IMG/VR virus record: IMGVR_UViG_3300042923_000607
Coordinates: 1 to 64,000 of that record
Reading direction: 5' to 3' (one strand)
Length of the DNA stretch: 64,000 nucleotides
Source of the DNA: a virus
In this document: positions 9,578 to 18,009 of the stretch, one piece after another
How positions within the stretch are numbered: the stretch's first letter is position 1
Layout of the letters: each line of letters begins with the position of its first letter
Program-made: the position numbers and the translations under genes
The notes under the pieces: model-generated
Databases searched by the model: none
What the model saw: only the letters and a program-made list of their open reading frames with translations
Told to the model about the DNA's origin: nothing

Positions 9578-10660
9578 TTATTCATCATGCTTCAGTAAGA
9601 ACAATGGATCAACAGCCTTAAAACTCTGTTTGCCATCCTTACTTCTGAATACAATTCCTTCTCGCAGCGTATCATATAATTTACTTGTCCCATGTGCATA
9701 CTCTAATACTTCTTTAACACTGTCTGGCAATACGTAATGTTCATCAATAATCGGAACAAAATTTAAACCGTTCTTATTAGCCCATTCTTTGGCTTCTACT
9801 GAACCAATTCTTCCAGATGGTTTTAATACATTGAATACATACAAGTCTGGTTCTGTGACATGATATTTATTCCCTTGAACATTAGATGCAACACATTCAC
9901 CTTGAATAGCAAGATAATCGTCATCTCCAATGTTGTCTTTAAGTAACTGTTTAATATTATACTTATTAGCAACTGTCCAATATGAAGAACTATCTTCATT
10001 CCAAATTCTAAGATTTCTTGAACAAACTCCGAAATCATATGTAACTTTCTTAAACAAACCTTTACTCTTTTCTTTTCTCAAGAAGAATGTTCCTGACTGC
10101 CCGTCTACCTTTTCTGTTGCAACCCATTCATCTTTATTCTTTAAATAGAATGGAGCATTCTGAATTCTAGTTTCATCAGTCTTACTAATAAAGTCTGGGA
10201 ATCCTTTTACTTGTTTCTTTGGTAATACTAACTTTCTAAACCATGAAAATTTCATCAGGAACTTTGGATACTTCTTTTTAGTAGATGGCTCTGATTGGGT
10301 ATTGCTATCGACATCCATAGTTTCTTCGTACTGTTTAATACCTAAGATATTGGTAACGTCTTGGTCAACTTCATACTTACCTTCTGGCAAGATGCTCAAT
10401 GGGAAACAAATACCTTGACTAAGTACACCAGCCATTTTCATTGTTTTAATACGAAACTTCTTACTTCTTAGAAATTCAAACTTCTCAATCTCAGGCATAA
10501 CGCTGTCAATCTCGCAATAAACAACCTTATCACCTACTTGAATCTGATCTTTATTAATAATTACTTGCCATCCATCAACCATTGCCAATGCAATCTTATC
10601 TCTACCTTCAATTGGTAGCATATCACTTACCATCTTAATACTTGCTAATTTTCTTGCCAT
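9578..10660 (-). CDS. ATP-dependent RNA ligase (Rnl2/DRB0094-like)
   Basis: N-terminal RKLAS...VYCEIDS...GVLSQG module; motif I EKVDG, QGE, YVFNV, REGIV, FKAV. Confidence 0.88.
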   Translation of the reverse strand: MARKLASIKMVSDMLPIEGRDKIALAMVDGWQVIINKDQIQVGDKVVYCEIDSVMPEIEKFEFLRSKKFRIKTMKMAGVLSQGICFPLSILPEGKYEVDQDVTNILGIKQYEETMDVDSNTQSEPSTKKKYPKFLMKFSWFRKLVLPKKQVKGFPDFISKTDETRIQNAPFYLKNKDEWVATEKVDGQSGTFFLRKEKSKGLFKKVTYDFGVCSRNLRIWNEDSSSYWTVANKYNIKQLLKDNIGDDDYLAIQGECVASNVQGNKYHVTEPDLYVFNVLKPSGRIGSVEAKEWANKNGLNFVPIIDEHYVLPDSVKEVLEYAHGTSKLYDTLREGIVFRSKDGKQSFKAVDPLFLLKHDE

Positions 10661-10826
10661 ATGTATTATCGTCCTTTCCAAATCTCTCATCTAATTCTTT
10701 ATCTGTTAACTTGTTCTTTGGTGTTTCATTATGACACTTGTTACATGTGTTAAATCTTAATCTTTTACTACTCGAAAAACTCAAAACTTCGCTCATAGCT
10801 TTCCCACAATGCCTACAAATCCTCAT
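10635..10826 (-). CDS. small zinc-ribbon protein
   Basis: CRHC...CNKC; GGAGGT RBS. Confidence 0.7.
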   Translation of the reverse strand: MRICRHCGKAMSEVLSFSSSKRLRFNTCNKCHNETPKNKLTDKELDERFGKDDNTYGKKISKY

Positions 10827-10875
10827 GTTTCACCTCCATTTTGCAAACCAAACTTTGATTTTATGCATATTTTAG

Positions 10876-10919
10876 TCTATATATTGTATGTATTGTTTTA
10901 GTATGCCACTACATATAGT
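10876..10919. promoter_or_regulatory. Tandem NrdR-box-like sites
   Basis: TCTATATATTGT (10876) and ACTACATATAGT (10908), 32 bp apart, resembling aCwAtATaTwGt. Confidence 0.55.
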
Positions 10920-10920
10920 A

Positions 10921-11967
10921 TTAATAATCTTCAATGTGTTCTCTAACTTTCTGATAATCTTCATATAATGCTGGATTCTGTTCTTTTACAATTCCATATA
11001 AGACATCGTAATTCCAAGTACAGTCTCTAAAATATCTACCATCAACATCTTCATATGTAGTAGCTATATTATTGATACAGTCGAAAATCTCTTTATCTTG
11101 TTCTGTTTCAACTTTAAATCCACCTAGACCAGTTCTTGCATAACTATAGCCGTCATTCCAATCTCCTCTGTTCATCATTAGAAAATGAGCTAGGTAAAGA
11201 TATTTATTTTTATCTATGATTGAACGTTGAAGGTCTTCCCAATCCGATGTAATATCTAACTCATATTTCGATAACATATAAGCTAATTGTCTATCATTTT
11301 CTTTTCTTTGAATCTCTTGCTGCTTTTTATTTTCTTCTTCTCTGCGTTTATCTTGGTCTGTTTTATATAATTTATCAAACATCTCAATCAACTTATTCTT
11401 AGTAGAAATGATGTTACTGGAATACATACTAAAAGCAGATTGAATTTCATAAGTCCATGCACAGCTAACCCATTCTTTATTTCTTGCTCTACTAGTTTTA
11501 TATTCGTATTTTTTAGTCGGTACTCCAATGTCGTTAAGCATTTTCATAACCATATCTCTCGTATGAGTATTTGTTTGACTAGCTTTAATATTTTCCTCAT
11601 CTGTCACACTGTCCAATTCTTCAATAGCATTAAGTATGGTAAGGAAATTTTCTTTACTTTTTTCAGTATTGTAGCTAAATTGATAATATTCCCATGTTTC
11701 ATCTCCACGAATATCTTTATGTGTTTTATTTAAAATCTTTACACACTCTTTTGGAACATCAAATCTTATGTAGTGATAACTAGACCATCCTGAACTCTCA
11801 CAATCTCTAACCCTGCAACTTTTTAAATATAATGGCTTAATTGGCTGTATTGGAGTTAAATTATTTTGTGAATTAATTTGATCGATTGTAGAATTAACAA
11901 TGCTTTCAAGTTTATCTAAACTGTCTCTTGCTGACTTTAACTGTGTATCAACTTCTTTTTGACTCAT
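10921..11967 (-). CDS. hypothetical protein (about 348 aa), single-gene cassette
   Basis: Long ORF with GAGGAG RBS, bracketed by 18-bp sites at 10847 and 11990. Confidence 0.8.
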   Translation of the reverse strand: MSQKEVDTQLKSARDSLDKLESIVNSTIDQINSQNNLTPIQPIKPLYLKSCRVRDCESSGWSSYHYIRFDVPKECVKILNKTHKDIRGDETWEYYQFSYNTEKSKENFLTILNAIEELDSVTDEENIKASQTNTHTRDMVMKMLNDIGVPTKKYEYKTSRARNKEWVSCAWTYEIQSAFSMYSSNIISTKNKLIEMFDKLYKTDQDKRREEENKKQQEIQRKENDRQLAYMLSKYELDITSDWEDLQRSIIDKNKYLYLAHFLMMNRGDWNDGYSYARTGLGGFKVETEQDKEIFDCINNIATTYEDVDGRYFRDCTWNYDVLYGIVKEQNPALYEDYQKVREHIEDY

Positions 11968-12011
11968 ATTTTCTCCTCTCATTTTCAAAACAAAACACCT
12001 GTTTTATATAA

Positions 12012-12200
12012 TTAATAATTCCATTTATAAAGATTATAGTCGTCTCCAACCAAGGTGTAATTATAATTGTTCTTTTTAAGTCCGGATTTATTTATGCCCT
12101 GGATCATGGCCATCGCAAGATTTGAATCTGTTACATTCTCGGCAATTAAAATATCATTTTCAGTACTGAGATTTTCCTTTGAAACTGCTACAATTTTCAT
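12012..12200 (-). CDS. hypothetical protein
   Basis: ORF with AAAGGTGG RBS between sites 11990 and 12219. Confidence 0.7.
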   Translation of the reverse strand: MKIVAVSKENLSTENDILIAENVTDSNLAMAMIQGINKSGLKKNNYNYTLVGDDYNLYKWNY

Positions 12201-12241
12201 TTAATACCACCTTTCTGTATAAAATATCACTTTGATATTGA

Positions 12242-12679
12242 TTATCTTTCTAATCCTTTAAAAACTAACCCTCTATATCGTGGTAATTCAAGAATTTTAT
12301 TATAAATCCTTAAAACATCATTTGCAAAATTACTTCCACCCATCTGTGGGGTAACTGAATATTCGTCTATTGCTGATTTAAGAATATTTTCGTTATAGTA
12401 TTTATCATTGGCCTTACACCACTTTAAAATTGCATATCCGATACCATACAAATTTGCATCATGAAAAAACCATTTCGCTATTTCTTTATTTTTTAATTTT
12501 TCTATATAGTCAATTGCTTTGTCATAATCCGTAAAATTATTTCCATTTATTCTAACAATATTATCATTATTAGTTACAGATTTTAGTTTTTCCATGGCGC
12601 CATCCAATGCTGTTGCCTCCTCTACTGCTGATTTGATAATATCTGTTAAAATTTTGATTTCGTCAATCTTGTTATTCAT
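12242..12679 (-). CDS. hypothetical protein
   Basis: ORF with AAGGAG RBS between sites 12219 and 12711. Confidence 0.7.
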   Translation of the reverse strand: MNNKIDEIKILTDIIKSAVEEATALDGAMEKLKSVTNNDNIVRINGNNFTDYDKAIDYIEKLKNKEIAKWFFHDANLYGIGYAILKWCKANDKYYNENILKSAIDEYSVTPQMGGSNFANDVLRIYNKILELPRYRGLVFKGLER

Positions 12680-12724
12680 TAAACATTCTCCTTCCATTCA
12701 TTAACTTTAAATAAAACCTCTATT

Positions 12725-12916
12725 CTATGCAGACATTATCCTTCCTTCTGCTATATTAAAATACTTATCCTCTAATTCATCAATTTTTTCCGATTTTCTA
12801 ACAGCTTTTAAAATTGTTCTACAAGCAACATCAAAATTTACTCCTTCGTGTGCCATTTCGGCACGCATTTCTAACCCTAAAATTTTAATTGCTTCCTCTA
12901 AATTATAACGTTCCAT
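12725..12916 (-). CDS. hypothetical protein
   Basis: ORF with AGGAGG RBS between sites 12711 and 12986. Confidence 0.7.
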   Translation of the reverse strand: MERYNLEEAIKILGLEMRAEMAHEGVNFDVACRTILKAVRKSEKIDELEDKYFNIAEGRIMSA

Positions 12917-12999
12917 ATCATTTCCCTCCTGCTATGAATTTTAGGTAAGGACATAAATGTCATAACCAAAAATCTAATTTTCAAAATAAAATGCCTCTT

Positions 13000-13551
13000 T
13001 TATCCTCTTATGAATTCTCTAAATTTTGAATACGATCCAAATTTCTCTTTCCACCCTGCAACAATTTCGGTAGGATTAAGGCTAAATTCCTTACAAACAT
13101 ATGTAATGTACTCATTTTCGTACAATTTCTTTCTTCTTTTGTTAAGGGCTTTTACTTCCGCGAATACTACATCTCTACTAATCTTATATTCCTTTTCTAG
13201 ATATTTACTTAAATCATACTGAGAATACTCGATAAATTGACATATAGGGCAAACACATTCTGGAACCTCATAATACCCCCCGTCTGAGGCTAATTCCATC
13301 AATTCTTCATTTTCTAGTTCATTAAGTTCTGCTTCTGTTTTTTTGTTATATTCTGATTCTAATATAATCTGTATAAGCTCTTTTGAATCAACTTCCAAAG
13401 CTTCGTCAATGCAAAAAATATGACCATTTACACATTCCATCATTTCACATTCACGTAAACTGATATCCCATCCGCTCTCTTCTCTACCACAAATTTCACA
13501 TACATAACTTGAACTACTACTATTAGTAACAAAATCTCTCCTAAATTTCAT
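13000..13551 (-). CDS. TNSSSSS-motif protein 4 (Cys-rich, putative radical SAM substrate)
   Basis: MKFRRDFVTNSSSSSYV then CEIC, CxNGHxFC, CVCPIC; GGAGG RBS. Confidence 0.85.
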   Translation of the reverse strand: MKFRRDFVTNSSSSSYVCEICGREESGWDISLRECEMMECVNGHIFCIDEALEVDSKELIQIILESEYNKKTEAELNELENEELMELASDGGYYEVPECVCPICQFIEYSQYDLSKYLEKEYKISRDVVFAEVKALNKRRKKLYENEYITYVCKEFSLNPTEIVAGWKEKFGSYSKFREFIRG

Positions 13552-13552
13552 A

Positions 13553-13984
13553 TTATTCATCCTCCAATATAATAAAGTTTTCTTTATCTTCTGCTAATGA
13601 ATTAATCATGTTAGAACAGTAAGTATCATTATAGTCAACACTTTTACATAAAATTTTATAACCATTATTTAATGCTTCAATTGCCTTGTTATATTTATTA
13701 GTTAAATAATCATCATCTTCAAGAATCTTATCAATTGTATTTGCTTTACTCCACCCATAATTTTCTACTATATACTGGTTGTATTCTTCTATGCTTGAAA
13801 ATTTTTCACCTTCATCCGTATCATTATCTCCTGCTGTAAACAAAACTTTTTCAATTAGTTTTCCATAGTTTTTTAAGAATGGATATTTATTTAACGTTTC
13901 ATCATCAAAAGTTGGCAAATCCCGATAAGCAATTATATAGCTGCTACTACTCGAATTGGTAACAAAGTCTGTTCTAATCTTCAT
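13553..13984 (-). CDS. TNSSSSS-motif protein 3
   Basis: MKIRTDFVTNSSSSSYII N-terminus; acidic body. Confidence 0.85.
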   Translation of the reverse strand: MKIRTDFVTNSSSSSYIIAYRDLPTFDDETLNKYPFLKNYGKLIEKVLFTAGDNDTDEGEKFSSIEEYNQYIVENYGWSKANTIDKILEDDDYLTNKYNKAIEALNNGYKILCKSVDYNDTYCSNMINSLAEDKENFIILEDE

Positions 13985-13986
13985 AA

Positions 13987-14388
13987 TCAACCATTCCTTC
14001 CTGACCCTTGCTCAATGTTTAAATCAAATCCTTTTAGCCCGTTTAATTTATTTGATACGTATTCATAATGTTCATCTACATCTTCTTCTATAACTTCACC
14101 ATCTTCATCTGCCTCAACATCCGTGTAATTACTATAAATAAAATATAGTTTATCTTCGACAATTTCTTGTTTATCTTGAAATGGATCTACCCAACACCAA
14201 TCATCACAGGTATTCTCATAACGTAAATTCTCATAATCGTCTAATAACTCTTTACCAGTCATTACATAAGATGACAATTTATTTTCTTCTGCGCTTTTTA
14301 GTGCTATTTCATTATCTGTAGCTATCCCAAATACTGCAATAAAACTACTGCTAGAACTGTTAGTTACAAAATCTGTACGAATTTTCAT
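13987..14388 (-). CDS. TNSSSSS-motif protein 2
   Basis: MKIRTDFVTNSSSSSFIA N-terminus; very acidic body ending GSGRNG. Confidence 0.85.
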   Translation of the reverse strand: MKIRTDFVTNSSSSSFIAVFGIATDNEIALKSAEENKLSSYVMTGKELLDDYENLRYENTCDDWCWVDPFQDKQEIVEDKLYFIYSNYTDVEADEDGEVIEEDVDEHYEYVSNKLNGLKGFDLNIEQGSGRNG

Positions 14389-14396
14389 TTATTATC

Positions 14397-14762
14397 CTAC
14401 CTTTCTATCTCTCCATAATCAAAAGAAACATCGTTATTGGTTATTTGTGTTACATATGTATCGTTAAATTTCTTTACAAGTTCATCCTTAATTTGTGTTA
14501 ATGTCTTTTCTGACAATTCCCTTTCACTTAAATCATATCCAATATAATTTAAATAACTCCCCTCGCCTACCGATGCAGTTAGATTTCCTTTTAGATTAAA
14601 ATCTTCCCAATTATTATTTTCTACGGCATCACTAAATTCATCCGAATTGTCATCTGGAAGACCATTTTCTTTGAGAATATCTTTGCTTAATTTATTATTA
14701 ATCCTTAAACAAATAAAACTAGAACTACTTGAATTAGTTACATAATCAATTCTTACTTTCAT
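14397..14762 (-). CDS. TNSSSSS-motif protein 1
   Basis: MKVRIDYVTNSSSSSFIC N-terminus; start overlaps the end of the radical SAM gene, AAAGGAG RBS. Confidence 0.85.
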   Translation of the reverse strand: MKVRIDYVTNSSSSSFICLRINNKLSKDILKENGLPDDNSDEFSDAVENNNWEDFNLKGNLTASVGEGSYLNYIGYDLSERELSEKTLTQIKDELVKKFNDTYVTQITNNDVSFDYGEIER

Positions 14763-15837
14763 ATAAATCTTTCTCCTTTCTATCACACAATACTATTTGT
14801 CTTCTAATTGGGCAACCACCCATACATTCATTTCTTTTACTACAATTCCCACATGAATTTCTAAAATGATCTCTAAAATCCTCAAACTGTTCACTATCCC
14901 ATGCGTTCTGAATTGAATCGTTTGATATATCATAAAACCATTTTAATTCCTGATTGTCAAATGAACACGGAATAGCTTTCATATCCGATGTAATATACAT
15001 TGACCATCTTCCGCCTTCACACGTATCAAAACTGTCTTGATTTATATTTTTTGTAAGATTAACTAATGCCGGAATCGTACAGCTATCAAATCCGATCTTG
15101 AAATTGAAATCTCCAGTATCTACAATTTCAAAGAATTCTTTCACTTTTGGACTATCCATTTTTAATACATTACTTTCTTGCCCTAATCCCACTGGTTTAT
15201 GTAATAAAAATATTATTGCATTAATTCCTTTTGGAAAATCATTTGTATTTAATCTTTCAATTGCTTCATCAATGGAATTATTGCCAAGTACATAATGAAT
15301 ATTAGTTTTAATACCTGCATTTAATAACATTTGAATTGCTTTATATGTATGTTCTTGACGATACCAACTAATCGCTACTGCTCCACAATACTTTTTACAG
15401 ATATTAATTATATTTTCTGTGAATCCTAAACCGGAAGAAGTAAAATTTGGAACAATTCTATTTTGCCTACAATATTTTAATATTTCCTCAAAATCCTCAT
15501 GTTGATCTACATCACCTCTGCCGCCTAAAGCTAACTGAAATGTTTTACCTTTACATTCATCAACAATTCTTTTGAAATTATCTAATGTCATATTCGGTAC
15601 TTTTGTTTTTAATCCGTTTTGATAACATTGGACTCCTGACTTTAAACACAATCCACTTGCTCCGTGTACACAATGTCCCATAACTCCAATATCAATTAAT
15701 TCTGGATATGAAGTCATAAATGGGTCTTTTCCTGTGTCTTTGCCATTCTCTATTACTCCGCTTCTCATATAAAACCCCGTATCTGGATTAAACAATGAGA
15801 TAAATTTATTCTTTTTGTCTACCTTTTTAATATTAAT
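14746..15837 (-). CDS. Radical SAM/SPASM-domain enzyme
   Basis: PELIDIGVMGHC-x7-C-x6-CYQ, ALGGRGD, NFTSSG, AISW; SPASM CEGGR...PCSF...CxxCx5Cx3CP; frame open back to an ATT at 15837 after AGGAG. Confidence 0.9.
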   Translation of the reverse strand: MNIKKVDKKNKFISLFNPDTGFYMRSGVIENGKDTGKDPFMTSYPELIDIGVMGHCVHGASGLCLKSGVQCYQNGLKTKVPNMTLDNFKRIVDECKGKTFQLALGGRGDVDQHEDFEEILKYCRQNRIVPNFTSSGLGFTENIINICKKYCGAVAISWYRQEHTYKAIQMLLNAGIKTNIHYVLGNNSIDEAIERLNTNDFPKGINAIIFLLHKPVGLGQESNVLKMDSPKVKEFFEIVDTGDFNFKIGFDSCTIPALVNLTKNINQDSFDTCEGGRWSMYITSDMKAIPCSFDNQELKWFYDISNDSIQNAWDSEQFEDFRDHFRNSCGNCSKRNECMGGCPIRRQIVLCDRKEKDLYESKN

Positions 15838-15882
15838 TTAAATCACTCCTTTCTAAATCAAAACCAAACAAACATTCTATTT

Positions 15883-16047
15883 TTATTTTTCTTTGTAAAA
15901 ATCAATCCATGAATATAATGTGGTTCCAACAGTTGATATCAATCCATACATCACAGCTGTATTACCATATTGCTTATATAATAGAGTAAACCCAGCCGCC
16001 ATCATTATGAAGCTTAAAAAATAAATAATTACTTTTACCTGTTTCAT
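15883..16047 (-). CDS. small membrane protein (54 aa, not in ORF track)
   Basis: MKQVKVIIYFLSFIMMAAGFTLLY...; overlaps upstream stop (ATGATGA), AAGGAG RBS. Confidence 0.6.
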   Translation of the reverse strand: MKQVKVIIYFLSFIMMAAGFTLLYKQYGNTAVMYGLISTVGTTLYSWIDFYKEK

Positions 16048-16271
16048 CATTTCTCCTTTATTGTTTTATTTTTTAAATGTGTTCTAAACATTTCTTCTAA
16101 TGTCTTTTTATTTAGTCCAAGGAGTTTCTTCTTCGCTTTAATGCTATTATTTAAATAATCAAGCACCGATATCTCAAAACTATCAATTGTTTTCGAATTC
16201 TCTTTAAGCATTTTGAAAATCCTAATTTCTTCGCAAAGTGTGTAAATGTAAGAGTTCATTTTATCATCCAT
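16047..16271 (-). CDS. hypothetical protein
   Basis: ORF with GAGGTG RBS. Confidence 0.65.
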   Translation of the reverse strand: MDDKMNSYIYTLCEEIRIFKMLKENSKTIDSFEISVLDYLNNSIKAKKKLLGLNKKTLEEMFRTHLKNKTIKEK

Positions 16272-16291
16272 AATTTCACCTCGCTATTGTT

Positions 16292-16561
16292 TTATATGTT
16301 ATATTGTATGCTGTAACTTGCTATATGTACACTGTCTTTCTTTTTCTTTTTCAAAAACTTTTCTGTTTTATATGTAATGTTATCTTCGTATTTCTCTGGA
16401 TAATCAATCAATCCAAAGCTTTTGCTGCCACATGCCGGGTCTGGACACTGTAATTCCACTCCTAATCCCGTATCTACTCTCCTTATTTGACTCTGATGGA
16501 AAACTAGATTACATTTTCTACACTGGCAGATCTCCTTTCCATTAATAACTGTTTCAATCAC
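16292..16561 (-). CDS. zinc-ribbon hypothetical protein
   Basis: CRKC...CPDPAC; follows promoter at 16631-16659. Confidence 0.7.
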   Translation of the reverse strand: MIETVINGKEICQCRKCNLVFHQSQIRRVDTGLGVELQCPDPACGSKSFGLIDYPEKYEDNITYKTEKFLKKKKKDSVHIASYSIQYNI

Positions 16562-16630
16562 TAGAGTTTCGCCCCTTCTTATTTTAGTTTGTTGTATTTG
16601 TTATTTAGTATAATACTTGCTGACAAGATA

Positions 16631-16659
16631 AGTATATCACCTGTAGTATCATCTGTCAA
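16631..16659 (-). promoter_or_regulatory. sigmaA-type promoter
   Basis: TTGACA-17nt-TATACT with extended TG; 12-bp repeat at 16673. Confidence 0.75.
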
Positions 16660-16683
16660 CAACTATTTTAATTGTTTTATATG

Positions 16684-17034
16684 TTATTTACTAAGTAATT
16701 GTCCACAGTTAGGACAACACTTTGATTTTCTTTTCACGGTAGTTAAACAAGTCGGACACCAATATCCTTGAATCACATTTGAAGAACACACTGGCTTCTT
16801 CTCTCTTAGTCCCTCACAATATTCTTTACTTACAACTTCTTCTGATGGTCGTATTCTTAGCTGTCCAGACTCCCAGTCAATTCCGAAGCGTATTCCTTCT
16901 ATATTTACGGAAGCTCTCGATCCTATGGAAGGATCACTTAAGTCTAATACCACATTAATTTTTTCTGGATTTTTATTATTTGGAGTATTTTCATAAGCAT
17001 TTTTTATTGTTTCATGCATCTCTTTTAAATTCAT
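16684..17034 (-). CDS. hypothetical protein with C-terminal zinc ribbon
   Basis: GIDWESG motif; YWCPTC...CCPNCGQ. Confidence 0.7.
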   Translation of the reverse strand: MNLKEMHETIKNAYENTPNNKNPEKINVVLDLSDPSIGSRASVNIEGIRFGIDWESGQLRIRPSEEVVSKEYCEGLREKKPVCSSNVIQGYWCPTCLTTVKRKSKCCPNCGQLLSK

Positions 17035-17076
17035 GATTTCACCACCTTTCACTATCAAATATGTCTTTGCTGTTGA

Positions 17077-17508
17077 TTATAATATATCTTTATATTTTTC
17101 TTGTAGCTCTTTTAGCAGCTTCATTTCACGTTCCATTGTTTCAATCCTCTCTTTTTCTCTAAGTTCATTTTCTTTTTGTTCTTTATTTATCACATATTCC
17201 GTCTTAATATTATTAATTATATTAATAATTTGACCCTTGATTGAACAATCTGTATACCTCTTTAAATCTTCCAATAGTCCATTATATATGTCGAGACTAT
17301 TACTGTCATCGTTCATATACCACGCGATAGAAAATTTTTCATTATTGTTTTCCCATACGTCTAATGCTTTACCGTTACCCTCACTTCCAAAACATCCAAA
17401 CGTATTTAATAATTCGTTTATTGCAACTTTTAAATCAGTTGTAACAATATTTATTCCAGAAGAATCGTAACTCCATTGTCTAACAACAAAAATCATAATA
17501 TTTTCCAT
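17077..17508 (-). CDS. hypothetical protein, single-gene cassette
   Basis: ORF with GAAAGGA RBS between sites 17054 and 17524. Confidence 0.7.
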   Translation of the reverse strand: MENIMIFVVRQWSYDSSGINIVTTDLKVAINELLNTFGCFGSEGNGKALDVWENNNEKFSIAWYMNDDSNSLDIYNGLLEDLKRYTDCSIKGQIINIINNIKTEYVINKEQKENELREKERIETMEREMKLLKELQEKYKDIL

Positions 17509-17530
17509 AAACGTCCTTTCAGTATCAAAA

Positions 17531-17767
17531 TTAGTTTTTATGCAATCTTTCTATTTCATCCTCAAGCTCTCCTAGTCGCTGTACAGCTTCGTATATCGCG
17601 CAACTATTACAGTGCTCTACAGGTTGACTCTCACAATACAGATTGCACCATTCATCATTCATTTTAATTAATCCATAACCTGAAGACTCTAATCTAGTCA
17701 ATCTGTTAATTCTATTTCTATTTTTCATTACCTCTAAATCATATTTTTCTTTGTCTCTTTCAACCAT
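17531..17767 (-). CDS. hypothetical phage protein
   Basis: RLT...C..C...C..C...EAVQRLGELED pattern common in Clostridia phages. Confidence 0.65.
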   Translation of the reverse strand: MVERDKEKYDLEVMKNRNRINRLTRLESSGYGLIKMNDEWCNLYCESQPVEHCNSCAIYEAVQRLGELEDEIERLHKN

Positions 17768-17779
17768 TATGATATCCTT

Positions 17780-17977
17780 TCATAAATTGACAATAAATCT
17801 TCCATTTGACTTACATTTCTTTTTCTTTGTCGTTTCCACAGCCGCCAAACAACCCCTTACATTTCGGTTTAAATGGATTTTTATAGCATATATATCCTGA
17901 TGCAAATATTGATTCTCCTTGCAAATACTTAGAAAATATACAGTTCTTACATTTCTTCTCTTTTTTAATAATATCAT
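17780..17977 (-). CDS. small basic hypothetical protein
   Basis: ORF with AAAGGAG RBS. Confidence 0.5.
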   Translation of the reverse strand: MILLKKRRNVRTVYFLSICKENQYLHQDIYAIKIHLNRNVRGCLAAVETTKKKKCKSNGRFIVNL

Positions 17978-18009
17978 CTCCTTTCCAATTTCAATACCAA
18001 ACCCATATT

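Noticed and set aside
13500-14762. Poly-Ser runs as microsatellite or recent tandem duplication
   Set aside because: Ser codons are mixed and the downstream protein bodies are unrelated
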